A stretch of DNA of 64,000 nt from Octopus sinensis (taxonomy: Eukaryota): assembly GCF_006345805.1 (NCBI RefSeq), contig NC_043012.1:55800001-55864000 (forward strand), read 5' to 3'. Each line of letters begins with the position of its first letter. Position 1 is the stretch's first letter. The notes below the pieces were generated by a model. The model saw only the letters and a program-made list of their open reading frames with translations. It had not been told where the DNA came from and did no database searches. Below, in pieces: positions 36,209 through 49,182 of the stretch. The translations under genes were made by a program, and so were the position numbers.

Positions 36209-37339
36209 TTATTCGCTGATTTTTGCCCTTTTCGCTACGCTTTCCTCACTTTCATCAGCAGGGGTTTTCTATTAGGTTTGTTTCATCTTCACTTTCAGAG
36301 TGTTCTGAAATGAGTCAGGTAAGTGTCATTAAGTAGCGCCGTCGCATGCCCAGGTGCAACTTTTTTCTAGGTGTTTCTTTTGAATAAATTCTGAAAGTTT
36401 CTCCCACATTCCCAACATGTCCTTTATCGCACTGGTAGAGATAACCTCCCGCGTTTCCTTCGCGTCACCTATTTCCTGCAAAACTTCCGTGTGCTCTTCC
36501 GTATTTCCTTTAGCTCTTCCGCTGTCAGTTCCTCGGAGTGCTCCTCGATGAGCTCATTGATGTCACCTTCATCCACATCCAGGCCCATGGACTTGCCGAG
36601 GGATACAATCCCCTCCAACACTGCCAGTTCGGGTTCGAGTCTTTCAAAGTCCGTTTCAGAAACAAACTCTAGGCCACAGATTCTTCCACGCAGAGGTCAA
36701 GGACCTCTTTGTAACACCTTTGCCAGGCCATATCGATAATTCTGAGGCATATCATGATGTTATACTGGACCTTCCAGAACTCTCGAAGGGTGAGGCTTGT
36801 GCTCTCTGTCATCACAAGGCAGCGGCGGAGCAGGTGCTTGGTGAAGAGCTTCTTGAAATTAGAAATCTCCTACTGGTCCATGGGCTTCAGGATAGGGGCG
36901 GTGTTTGATGAAAGATAGAGAACCTTTATAAACTTGAATCCTTCGAGGATGTCATCTTCGAGGTTAGGCGGGTAAGCAGGTGCATTGTCTAGGACGAAAA
37001 GGGCTTGCAAGAGATATTTTCCTGGAGATATTTCTTAACGTCAGGACCAAAGAACACATTTACCCCTGTCCATAAAGAACTGCCAAAGTGACCCACACCC
37101 TTGGATTTGCCCTCCACATAACCTGCAGCTTTTCTTTCAGAATCTTATGTGATTTAAAGGCTCTGAGCTTTTCCCTACGATGAACGAGCAGCGGCTTAAT
37201 CTTGCAGTCGCCGCTCGCATTGGCGCATAATGCAAAGGTTATCCTATCTTTCATGGGTTTGTGGTCTGGCATCCTCTTCTCCACTGCCTTTATATAAATC
37301 CTAATTGACATCTTCTTCCAAAAAAGTCCTGTCTCGTTT
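36209..37339 (-). pseudogene. Tigger/pogo transposase, C-terminal two thirds, decayed
   Basis: [10 protein letters not shown]...KPMKDRITFALCANASGDCKIKPLLV...VLDNAPAYP...NDTYLTHFR...EESVAKRAKISE*; several stops and frameshifts. Confidence 0.9.
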
Positions 37340-37365
37340 CAGGTGTTATATGTGACTGTTTAATC

Positions 37366-38370
37366 ATGCAGTGTACAAAAGAGGCCTTGGAATTGTCTGA
37401 ATTTCAAAGAGGCTGTATTGTGGGTCATTCTGAAGGTGGACATAGTCAGCGTAAAATTGCAGAAAACCTTGGGATCCCGCTTTGAACATTTAATAGACCG
37501 ATTGTGCAATTCACCAGAGAGGAGGAGTCCACATCACCTCGCCCAGATAAACCAGGGCCCACTGACAGGAGCCTTCTCTTTGATAAGAGAAATGTGGAAG
37601 ATAATCCGCATTGCAAGGCCCCTGACATAGCAAAACAAGTTGATGTCAGTCCCAGAACAGCTGTCAGGTATCTCCACAATCTTGGTTACTATTGCAGAGC
37701 AGCAAGAAGGAAGCCACTTCTTGGACCAGCCAACATCAAGTGGAGAAAAGTGAGATGATGGAGAGGCCACTAGCATCTTGGGACACTGTCATATTTTCTG
37801 ATGAGTCCAGCTTTGCGATATTTCCTGACAGTATTCGAGTGTGGGTTTGGAGACTCTGTGATCAAGAATTTGCAGTGAAAATATTGCAGCCAACAATGAG
37901 ACACGGCAGCTATTCTGTAATGATCTTGGGAGCAATTTGGAGCATTGGTTGATCAGAGCTGGTGAAGTGTGAGGGAAACATAAACTCCGATAAATGTGTC
38001 CATATTGCAGAAAGGACTTCTAATCTTCTCCAGGGGTGAAGTGATTAAAGAAGATTCGTTATTTATGGAAAATGGGACTCCTTGTCACACGGCTAAAACG
38101 ACTCAAGATTTGTTGAATGAGAATGGCATTAAAAAGCTTCCATGGCCAAACCAGTCACCAGATATGAACCCCATTAAACACCCGTGGGACATAATAGACT
38201 GGACACTTCATAAATCGAACAAAAAAGCATATTCAAAGCCAGATCTTTTGAGATTATTGCATGAAATTTCTAAAGAAATTCTGCAACAGCATATTCGTCA
38301 TCTGATCAGTAAAATACCTAATAGGGTCCTTGCATTGAAAAATGCAAAGGGCATGTCTACTAAATATTAA
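37366..38370 (+). pseudogene. Tc1 (DD34E-type) transposase pseudogene
   Basis: [12 protein letters not shown]...VIFSDESSF...FMENGTPCHTAK...WPNQSPDMNPIKHPW; second D is N and E is K, spacing 34. Confidence 0.9.
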
Positions 38371-39447
38371 ATATTCACATTATAACATGGCCGCTGACGA
38401 ATTTTTCTGCAATATATGGATAGTTCATCCTGTTCATCCTATTGTATTAGCATTATCCTGCATTTGAGAATAAATCATTTCTGTATCTTTCAATACATCT
38501 CAACGCTTCTAAAGCAAACTTTGTTTGTTTACTTCCACCGTAAGTTGAATTTAACGTTAACGTCTTATAAATCTAGATTTATATATATACTTATATATAT
38601 ATGATTTATCAGTCCCTCTTCTCTAACTGCTTCTTCGAGACGCGACAAGATCAACTGCGACTAGTAGAGAGCCAGGCACATGAATTCGATATCCAATTTC
38701 CTACCAGTAGCTCGTCATGGTATTCTACGTCGTGTGCCCGTGGAAAGTAAATTGCATAGCTTGGTTTATTTCTATTTACTCAAAGTTATCATGGAACATG
38801 GCGAGTTGTTCAAAACCTTTCTTCTTCCCAGAAATCTTTATTGAACATTGTATACTCGTTGTACGCGTTCGTTTGTCACACGTCTAAATAAAACCTTGAA
38901 CGTGAAGTTATTCGCGCAGGACGTGTGTTGTTCACAGCACAGAGGTATTTCATAGTTACTGGATTAATGATTCATTCCAATTATTAAAGTGTTGACGTTT
39001 TTATTAGCGACATCCCACGCTAAATATCTATATCTACACCTGGACCATTCTTGCGTGACGTACGTGACACCACACAGAGCATTTTCGAGCTGAAAATATT
39101 AGCTGTTAATCCCTCTGAATTTCTTCAGGGCAGCAAAAAATGATTTCTGGCGTTCATGTAAATTGATCTTGGTATTTAAAAAAAAAATATGAGTTTGCTA
39201 GACAAAATGTCTCATTTACCTGATGTGGCGAGCATAACAAAAATGGGTATATTTTCAAGATAGATATTTCATTTATTTTCTACATTTTCTCTCTTCCGAA
39301 TAGTCGGGATTTTGAAGAAATTATCTGGAAGAAGTTATTCCAATACCGATATCTGATCGAAAATGAACTACTTCAACATACCTTTAAATATATAGCGTGA
39401 TTTTTCATGGTAGTATCATATAAACATTTTTGAAAACCTATTTTGGT

Positions 39448-39537
<90 letters not shown>

Positions 39538-39600
39538 GTCTGTCTGTCTGTCTGTCTCTGTCTGTTTGTCTGTCTATCTATCTATCTGTCTGTCTGTCTA

Positions 39601-39631
<31 letters not shown>

Positions 39632-39704
39632 ATCTATCTGTCTATCTGTCTGCCTGCCTGCATGCCTATCTGTCTATCTATTTATCTATCTATCTATCTG
39701 TCTA

Positions 39705-39768
<64 letters not shown>

Positions 39769-39972
39769 CTATCTATCTATCTATCTATCTGTCTGTCTGT
39801 CTGTCTCTCTGTCTGTTTGTCTGTCTATCTATCTGTCTGTCTGTCTGTCTTCTATCTATCTGTCTGTCTGTCTCTGTCTGTTTGTCTGTCTATCTATCTA
39901 TCTATCTGTCTATCTGTCTGCCTGCCTGCATGCCTATCTGTCTATCTATTTATCTATCTATCTATCTGTCTA

Positions 39973-40048
<76 letters not shown>
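39448..40048. repeat. Compound (CTAT)n/(CTGT)n microsatellite with internal higher-order duplication
   Basis: Marker ctgcctgcctgcatgcctatctgtc occurs at about 39650 and 39915. Confidence 0.9.
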
Positions 40049-40049
<1 letters not shown>

Positions 40050-40254
40050 GAATCCTATGAACCCAGAAATTGAAAACAGAGGGTTACCCACTTACAAACA
40101 AATGTGGTAACATATAACAATATTGACCAAGGTTACCGTGGTCTTTTTCGTAGGCTTTTCTTCCCACGGATAAACCTTACTTGCTTTCCCCTTTACACCG
40201 TATATCAAAACACTGTGATACACGATCCTTATTGATCGTTTTTTTTCCTCTTCC

Positions 40255-40375
40255 CCTTTTTTTCCCCTTTTTTCTTCTTTTTTCATTTCTCTTTTCTTTT
40301 GTTCCTTTTCCTTTTCTTCTTTTTTCATTTCTCTTTTCTTTTGTTCCTTTTCCTTTTCTTCTTTTTTTATTTTTA
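40255..40375. repeat. Pyrimidine-rich tandem repeat, about 39-bp unit
   Basis: tttttcatttctcttttctttgttccttttccttttcttc repeated. Confidence 0.8.
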
Positions 40376-40625
40376 ATTTTTTTTATTTTATTATTATTAT
40401 TATTTTTTGTTCTTTTCTTCCCTTTTACGATCCCTCTTGATCGAAAACCTACGCCACCCCCTTTTTTTTTCGTTTGATTTTGTTTTTTCATCCCCCAAAA
40501 GAAAAGCTCTACCTTGTAACTTGTCCCATCTGTGTGCAGCCCTGTGTGGCCAATAAAGAAACTTATCTACCTACCTACTTATCTATCTATTTACCGGTCT
40601 GTCTGTTTGTCTGTCTATCTATCTA

Positions 40626-40673
<48 letters not shown>

Positions 40674-40690
40674 CCTATCTATACATACAT

Positions 40691-40729
<39 letters not shown>

Positions 40730-40744
40730 CATACACACACACAC

Positions 40745-40781
<37 letters not shown>

Positions 40782-41400
40782 CAGGCTCAATTAACAGATC
40801 TTCGATGAAGGTCATTGATTAATACAACCAATATATCCAACCAATTCACATATATATATATATATATATATATAAAGTAAACCATTTGCTATTTGCTATT
40901 GTGGAACAGGTCGGTTGTTTACGTTGTTATTGCGCTTGTATTGTTGCTATATGAGCGGTGGTTATAAAAGCCTCCAAAGCATGAAAGCTATTGAAAAAAT
41001 AAAAGCAAAAAAAAAAAAAGCAAGAAAAAACCACAAGTATTTTGGCAAAGAGTCGATTTACATTTTCAATTGTGTTCGACTAAAGATTCAATGAAGGAAC
41101 AACTGAATAAAAGAAAGTGTACCTTGGCTTGAATGATTTTTCTCTATTGGTTAATGTTTACCTTCCCAACTCTTTGCTACCCATAACATTTTTAATACAA
41201 TGCTATTTATATCTTAGCTTCGCTGTTTATCATTAAGAATAATTTGAAACAGAAAAATATGAATGCTGTTCTGAATTGCTTAGTAGACAGGTTTAAGACT
41301 AGGTGTGTTCTGTAGCTTGTTGTTTGCTTTCTTATATTTCGATTTTCAAATGTCGACGAAATTTGATTTTTATGGGACATTACAACGATTTTGTCGACAT

Positions 41401-41878
41401 GGCTGCCTCGTTAAGAAGCTAGCTTGCTTTGCAACTATGTAATTTCGGGTTCAATCCCACTGCACGGCACCTTGGTTAAGCGTCTTCTACTACAGCCCCG
41501 GGTAGACTAATGCCTTGTAAGTCAATTTGGTGGACGGAAAATGTGTGGAAGCCCGTTGTGTATATGTGTGTGTGTGTGTACGTGTGTGTGTGCGTGTGTG
41601 AGTACGTGTGTGTGTTCGCGCGCGGCAACGCCTTTGTGTTTGCGTTTGTCCCAACCACTGCTTGACAACCGGTGTTGGTTTGTTTGTGTTTCCGTTTGTA
41701 TACATTTCCGTTCGGCAGAAAAGACCGATAAAATAAATACCAGACTTAAAAAATAAATAAAAATATGAATAATAAATAAAAATATGAAAAATAAGTGCAT
41801 AGGGTCAAATTGTTCGGCTAAACACTTCAAGTCTGTGCCCTAACATGGGCGCTGTCCAATGACTGAAACATGCAAAAT
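41401..41878 (+). mobile_element. SINE family B, diverged
   Basis: gggttcaatcccactgcacggcaccttggttaag...internal TG tract...aatgactgaaac. Confidence 0.8.
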
Positions 41879-42229
41879 ATTCGCAAAGTTTCTCAAAATA
41901 GTTTACCTCAAATGTTCAAACGGATGTTCCACAGCCAAAGGATCACGAAATTGATTTTAACAATAATTAATATCCTCTATAGTACAGCTGATTCGTCATA
42001 TGCCTTCAATGTTTATTATTTTAAGTTTATTCTCTAGTTTAAAACACAATATGTATCAGAGAAGAGTTCTATAAATTATTTACAATCAGTTGTTCAGCAA
42101 CACCAAAGATCTGGATCATTGTTTCTCCATATATTATTCTGTGATGCATCTAGACACAGCATCACTAGTGTTTCCTGGGAGTCATTAGGAGTTCCAGGAC
42201 TTTCAAAAATCAAAAATCATTGCCCAGGC

Positions 42230-42560
42230 GACTCAGCCAGTAAGGCTGATCAAGTCCCAGCTTGTGTCTTGATAGCATTGCCCCTGCTAGAGCTCACAAC
42301 TCTTGATCCACAGAAACTTTGTGGCAATCTCGGTTGCCTCAGAAGCTAACTTGATAGCCTTCCACCTACTGGATTTTGTGATGCCTAAACATGTTGCAAG
42401 CTTTGCAGAGAGAGTGGCCTGCAGACTCTCTGCATCCTACCTCAACGGGATCAGCTCTTGCTTAGGCTTAGCTTCGCCAGCTTCAGCATATTTCCTCTTC
42501 TTATTTGCCTCCTAAGTACGATACTCTTATGTAATGGCTTTACAAGCGGCTGCGTATTCC
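42230..42560 (-). pseudogene. Restriction-like-endonuclease (R2/HERO-like) LINE 3' fragment
   Basis: Minus strand ...KRKYAE...PVEVGCRESAGHSLCKAC...GIT...RWKAIKLASEATEIATKFLWIK resembles the PVEVGCRGF...KAI...EAAE.AS.WLW.KR end of these elements. Confidence 0.65.
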
Positions 42561-43002
42561 TCAAACACTTGGGCCCTTAATCTAACTCTTAGACATGCCT
42601 GATATGTCGAGACAAGACTGACTTCTGAATTATAACAGGTATAGCCCAACCTATAGGCTTAATTCTGCTCATTTCCTCTTCAGCCGGTTTCACCTACGAA
42701 ACTTGGTGCAATCTGAGACAAAGGTAGATGATTCATTTTTTCAAGGTGCTTCAGAGAAGGATCGAAATCAGTTTTTTTTATGATTGTGAAGCGAACTATT
42801 TGTCTAAAACTGTGCTCCTTTACAACTGGATGACGAAGTAATGGACAAAGAGCAAGGCATCAATCGGCTTAATGTTACTGAATACGATCTAAGCATCGGT
42901 TCATGATCCATGATGACATCTATCCTTGTTTGGTTCATCACTTGGCCATGGACGTGCAAATGGCACCGAGCCAGTGCCTCAATAAATTATATCTAAGTTC
43001 AA

Positions 43003-43205
43003 TACAAGGCTACAAATCACGAGCGCGGGTGTTCAGTCGAAACGATTGACCCTGTCCATTGATTGGTTACTTATGTTATCTACTCAAAATAGATGTATCG
43101 GAGGATGAAAGGAAGGAAGGAATGAAAGAAGGAAGGAATGAATGAAAGAAGGAAGGAAGGAAGGAAGGAGAAAGCAAGCCTAAGTGGAGTTGAACTTGTA
43201 ATGCT
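43003..43205 (-). mobile_element. SINE family A, degenerate, with internal (GGAA)n expansion
   Basis: aatacaagg...cagtcga..gattgaccc...ggaggatgaaagg(aagg)n...ggagttgaact. Confidence 0.5.
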
Positions 43206-44179
43206 CAGTCTATTGTGTCACTCACCTCGCCCAGAATTGTAATTAATACAGAAATGTTTATGTCGTTCGTATTTTATATGTCTCTATATCTGGAAATGTT
43301 TCCATGCTAAAACAATGTCGAGTGCAATATAATCCTTGTGTTTTGTTCTGATTAATTATCTTTCGTCGAACTAAACGTTTTTCATGGCATTTCTAACTGC
43401 AACTCCAATGAATTGACGCAAAATAATAGATTATGTAAAAAGCAAGAAAAAAAAACATCTCGAAATACAAATGATAAAGAAAATATACAAAAAAAAGGAA
43501 AAGCTCACACACACACACACATATATTATATACACATACACACACATAAATAAACATATAAACACATATATATAATATACCACATGTATCTTATGTATAA
43601 TATACATAATATACATGTGCATAAACATGTATGTATGTACGTATGCATGCATGAATGTAAGTATTATGTATGTATGTATGTATGTATAAATTTCAAAATC
43701 TTTGCTAGAAGCCGAAGCCTCGTTTTCGTATCGTATGAGATTTTAGTTCATCTAAGATGACAAGCGACGCACGTTTATTACAATTCTAACATAACCTGTA
43801 CATCTACCATTATAGTGACCTGATAGTCAATTAGAACGAGTAAATCCTATTAGGATTCAAGTAAGAATTTGAAGTAATTTGCCGTCTCAGATTGTTCATA
43901 TTGACCGAAAACTATGATGGGAAAAGTAGGGTATTATTTTTACACTTTCAAGCCTCCGTTCGCTACATACACGTATATCTGTCTGTCTGTCTGTATGTCT
44001 GTTTGTATGCATGTTGAGTGCTTTTGTTACACTTCTACACAAGGCCGCTTACAGAATCTGACGTTTCCCTGAACAAATAACGATTTGTTTTCTTGCACGT
44101 GAGCGACTGAGCAAAAGACAGAAAGCGAAAAAGAGTGAGAGGGAAAGAAGGTGAAAGAGAGAAAGAAACACAGAGGGAA

Positions 44180-44214
<35 letters not shown>

Positions 44215-44503
44215 TAGAGAATGCAAGTGGGAGAGAAAGCAAGTGAGAGAGTAAGTAAGAAAGAGAAGGAGGGAGCAAGGGCGAGCCAGTGTGTTTTTGC
44301 TATATAGAATACTGGAAAAATACTGGTTGAAAAATAGTGTATATTAAAAAATATTAGATTCTTGGCATCAAATCAGAGTATTCCATAATTGCTTCTGAAT
44401 ATGTAGGTATAGTCTATTGGTTTTACTTTTTTTCTAAATTTCTCGTGGAGAAAGAGCCCGTCTTTAGTCTAAGAGAAATAAGGCTCTTTATTGGTATCAT
44501 ATA

Positions 44504-44897
44504 CTAGCAGTATCGCCTGGCGTTACTCGGGTTTGTAAGGGAAATAACTATATAAGCATTTTTAGAGATGTAAAGTATAATAGCCATCTCAATATGGCTA
44601 ACCACAAGGGGGGGGGTTACTGTAGCTTTTTACGTTCTGAGATTTAATAATAAATTTTTAGAGAGTTACTTCCCTTATATATGCCAAAAATGCATTAAAA
44701 TGGGGAAAATTGATGGTAAATTTTTTTTTAAATCGTAGAGTCATCGTAGACGCGCGCTAATACCCAGAAGGGCTCGATATGAATCACGACTATAAGATAC
44801 CCGGTTTTGGTTAAACTGCACCGCAAAATGTGGGAGTAGTTAGGAATCTAAATCGTAGGAGACAGACAGCACACAACCTCACTTTTATATATAAAGA
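44504..44897 (-). mobile_element. Helitron-type non-autonomous element, longer copy
   Basis: Minus strand A|TC start, hairpin cccgagtaacgccagg, CTAG|T end. Confidence 0.85.
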
Positions 44898-44941
44898 TAT
44901 GTATGACTGTGTGTGAGTGTATGAATAATACAAAGAGCCGA

Positions 44942-44975
<34 letters not shown>

Positions 44976-45228
44976 ATCTCTCTCTCTCTCACCCTATATT
45001 ATGAGAGAGTACAACATGCCTGGAGGAAGTCAGTATATGTAGTAGGATATCTTTTATACCAAACACTCGAGGAGACGCAGATTGCAGTGATTGATGTTAC
45101 ACAACTAAATGAACAATATTCTATCCGTAAGGGACAGTTGCAGCATGGGTCGAAACGATCGTCGCGTTCAATAAAGAATCGTACCAAATCCATTTTCCGT
45201 TTCCTTTATCATATATATATATATATAT

Positions 45229-45415
45229 TCTTTTATTCTTTTATTTGTTTCAGTCATTTCACTGCGGCCATGCTGGAGCACCGCCTTTTAGTCGAAGAAA
45301 TCGACTCCTGAGATTATTCTTTGTAAGCCTGGTACTTATTCTATCGCTAAGTTACAGAGACGTAAATACACCAACATCAGTTATCAAGCGACAGGGATGT
45401 GGGAACAAACACAAA

Positions 45416-45490
<75 letters not shown>

Positions 45491-45648
45491 CGGGTTCTTT
45501 TCAGTTTCCGTCTACCAAATCCATTCCCAAGGCTTTGGTCAATCCAAGGCTATAATAGACGTCACTTGCCCAAGGTGCCACGCAGTGGGAATGAACCCGG
45601 AACCATGTGGTTGAGAAGTAAGCTTCTTACCACACAGCCACGCATGCG

Positions 45649-45650
<2 letters not shown>
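45229..45650 (-). mobile_element. SINE family B, full length
   Basis: Family B consensus with internal (CA)n. Confidence 0.9.
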
Positions 45651-45695
<45 letters not shown>

Positions 45696-45697
<2 letters not shown>

Positions 45698-46104
45698 CGT
45701 AGGAGTGGCTGTGTGGTAAGTAGCTTGCTAACCAACCACATGGTCCCGGGTTCAGTCCCACTGCGTGGCATCTTGGGCAAGTGTCTTCTGCTATAGCCCC
45801 GGGCCGACCAATGCCTTGTGAGTGGATTTGGTAGACGGAAACTGAAAGAAGCCTGTCGTATCTATGTATATATATATATGTATGTGTGTGTTTGTGTGTC
45901 TGCTGTGTTTGTTCCCCTAGCATTGCTTGACAACCGATGCTGGTGTGTTTACGTCCCCGTCACTTAGCGGTTCGGCAAAAGAGACCGATAGAATAAGTAC
46001 TGAGCTTACAAAGAATAAGTCCCGGGGTCGATTTGCTCGACTAAAGGCGGTGCTCCAGCATGGCCGCAGTTAAAATGACTGAAACAAGTAAAAGAGAGTA
46101 AAGA

Positions 46105-46107
<3 letters not shown>
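45696..46107 (+). mobile_element. SINE family B, full length
   Basis: Family B consensus, head-to-head with previous copy across (TA)n. Confidence 0.92.
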
Positions 46108-46151
<44 letters not shown>

Positions 46152-46230
46152 TTAATGTAGGATAACATTTTTTCGAAAAAAATTTTATCAATGGCCAAGC
46201 ATATAAAAAATACCTTTAAAGGTTAAACTT

Positions 46231-46571
46231 ATAAACAACCTATAAATAAGGGCAAAGGAAAAAATTTCTAATGCCAAATATGCCGAAATTAGACACATTC
46301 TCCATAACCATTATAATTTTTTTACAATACGCACGCAACTCAAAAAAGGTCGACAGAAATTTCTAAATTCCATTATTACCATATCGGACCGATTTCAAGG
46401 TTAGTTCGTAAGAACACTCCTTTCATCAGTGATAAATGTGGCAAACATTTATCACTGACGAAGTAGCGTGCGTATTGTGAAAAAATTATAATGGTTATGG
46501 ACAATGTGTCTAATTTCGGCATATTTGGCATTAGAAACTTTTTAGTTTGCCCTTATTTATAAGTTGTTTAT
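46231..46571. repeat. Fold-back element, about 105-bp arms, with inner 14-bp hairpin
   Basis: 46231-46336 pairs with 46466-46571; tcagtgataaatgt-ggcaa-acatttatcactga at 46426-46458. Confidence 0.9.
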
Positions 46572-46994
46572 ATATATAATAAGTTGCATAGCATTACCTT
46601 TAATTTTTTTTATATATTAATGTTGAATAACCTATTTTGAATTCCCAACTTAGAGCAAACCGATAAACGTTTGGAGTAATCCGAACAATAAACATTAAGG
46701 CAAGGCAAACATCTCAAGTCGTAGATGTTTGCCTTGCTTTAATGTTTGCTGTCCTCTTTAACAATTGTATTTTCTATTTCTATTTCTATGTATAGTTATA
46801 TTTGTAATATATTATGTATAATGTCATTGCTGTTGTGTAATGGTTTAATAAAGTATTGAGTGGGTATTATCTGATGGTTGATAATTGATTTAGGTATGTT
46901 TCTCCATTTTCTCATTTTGTATATATATATATAATATATATATATATTATATGCATATACATATACATATACATACATACATACATATATACAA

Positions 46995-47076
<82 letters not shown>

Positions 47077-48021
47077 CACACACAAAGCTCTAGAAAATCT
47101 TTTTACCTGTTATACGAAATGGTTTTTAATTATGGGGATGGTATCCACTTTAACTCTTTTGATATCAATCCAGCTGAGACCATCCTTGATCATATGATAC
47201 GAACTTGATGTTTTAAAATGATCCAAACTAAACCCCACTTCAAAATTTCATATTAATTTATACTGCTTTACCCGCTTTTCTTTCTTTTCCTGTCTTCTCT
47301 CTGTTTTTTACCAGCTTCTCCGTATTTAAATGAATATCATATGAATTAAAATAATGTCATAAGGGACCTGGTGCATTTGTGTCTCAAACATCAGCTTAAT
47401 AATGACAACGTTATTTCATTAGAGTCTTCAGTATTTTCAAAATTAATTCAAACAAACAGGCTGTTTTTCAACAAACGTATGGTAACAAAGGAACGCATTC
47501 ACAGCGTAGCAGTTTTGACAATATGCATCTTTCGTCGATCTATAAATGGCTGTCACTGTGAGCAATTGTTATTCTTACTTTTGCATTGTGAAGTCGGACA
47601 TTTTTCAACAAGCTAAGAGCTGTTATTTATAGTGAGTGACAAAAAATGTAAACAGACTGTCGTCTGCATCGCCTCCATTTATCACAATCATCAACATCAC
47701 GCAACATACACAAACGCATATGCAGAAACGATACGACAGAAATGGCTGCAGAATATGTACGTGTGTACGTATGTATGTATGGTTTATGTGTGCGTGTGTG
47801 TGTGTGTGTGTGTATGCATGCATGCATGCAGGTATGTATGTACGCATGTATATAAGTATGTATGCATGAATGTATGTATGTGTAAGTATATAAGCACGTA
47901 TGTATGTACATATATATGTATGTATGTATGTATGTAGTATGTATGTATGTATGTATGCAAGTATATAGGCATGTACGTACTTATGTACGTATGCAACAAT
48001 GTTTGTATGTATGTATATATG

Positions 48022-48074
<53 letters not shown>

Positions 48075-48540
48075 ATGTACGCATTCATGTATGTACATAT
48101 AGGAATGTACATATGTATGTATGTACGTATGTGTGTAAGAATGTCTGTGTATCTGTCTGTCTGTCTGCCTGGCTGGCTGACTGGCTGTCTGTCTTTCTGT
48201 CTTTCTGTCTGTCGGCTTGTCTGTATGTATGTATGTATGTATGTATGTATGTATATGTGATTGAATGTGTATGTGTGTGAATTTTTAATCACATTGGGAG
48301 GGGAATTTTTTTTTCCAAATTCTTTCAACTATTTTTAGATACAATTTTAAAAAAAATCTATTTCTGACAAAGTTATGAGGGTGGGTTGGAGCGAAAAGCA
48401 CTCTCACGTTAAAAGTTATCAATGGCGTTGCTTGAGACAATACGAAAAAAAAATCGATAACATTTATCGGAAAATCAATGTTTCTGTGTATGCATCTGCT
48501 ATCACTCTGGTGAAAAATCTACGAGAGGCTACCAGGGTTT

Positions 48541-48856
48541 GTTTTTGTTTGTTTGTTTGTTCCTTCTCGAGTCATGCTTGGCTCATAAGGGCCGGTTTCC
48601 CGGTTTCTTGACGTATAGGTTCCCCACCTGGACGGGACGGGACGGTCCGTCGCAGGTGAGCTGCAAGATGCAGGAGGAAAGAGTGAGAGAAAGTTGTGGC
48701 GAAAGAGTCAGCAGAAGTTTCGCCATTACCTTCTGCCGGAGTCGCGTGGAGCATAGGTGTTTCGCTCATAAACACACACATCACCCGGTCTGAGATTCGA
48801 ACCCGCGATCCCTCGACCGCGAGTCCCCTGCTCTAACCACTGGGCCATGTGCCTCC
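48541..48856 (-). mobile_element. SINE family C-related, tail type gamma
   Basis: Matches 17403-17705. Confidence 0.9.
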
Positions 48857-48967
48857 GCAAGCTTCCAGGGTATTTAGTAATGAAATTGACCACCTTGGTC
48901 GGTGGTTCCCAAATCGAGGAACGCCCGCCCCAACAAACACCACCACTAAGAATTTAATTAAATTTTG

Positions 48968-49182
48968 TCTTTTACTTGTTTCATTCATTGGACTGCGGCC
49001 ATGCTGGGGCGTTGCTTTGAAGGTTTTAGTCGGACAAATTGACCTCAATGATTATATATTAAAAAAAACAAAACAACCTTGTACTTATTTTTATAAGTCT
49101 CTTTTGCCGAACCGGTATATCATGGAGACGTAAACAAACCAACATCGTTGTCAAGTAGTTGTGGGGGTCAAACACAAATATA
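48968..49182 (-). mobile_element. SINE family B, 3' half
   Basis: cttttacttgtttcattcattggactgcggccatgctgg...cttttgccgaacc. Confidence 0.75.

Noticed and set aside
36310-36325. Strong splice donor cag|gtaagt suggesting a host exon
   Set aside because: Lies within the antisense Tigger ORF (NDTYLTHFR); no acceptor or exon support.
39430-40110. 226-aa and 202-aa ORFs (YLSI/CLSV repeats)
   Set aside because: Translations of (CTAT)n/(CTGT)n; the same applies to all YI, HT, CV, MYVC, poly-I/K/E ORFs in the track.
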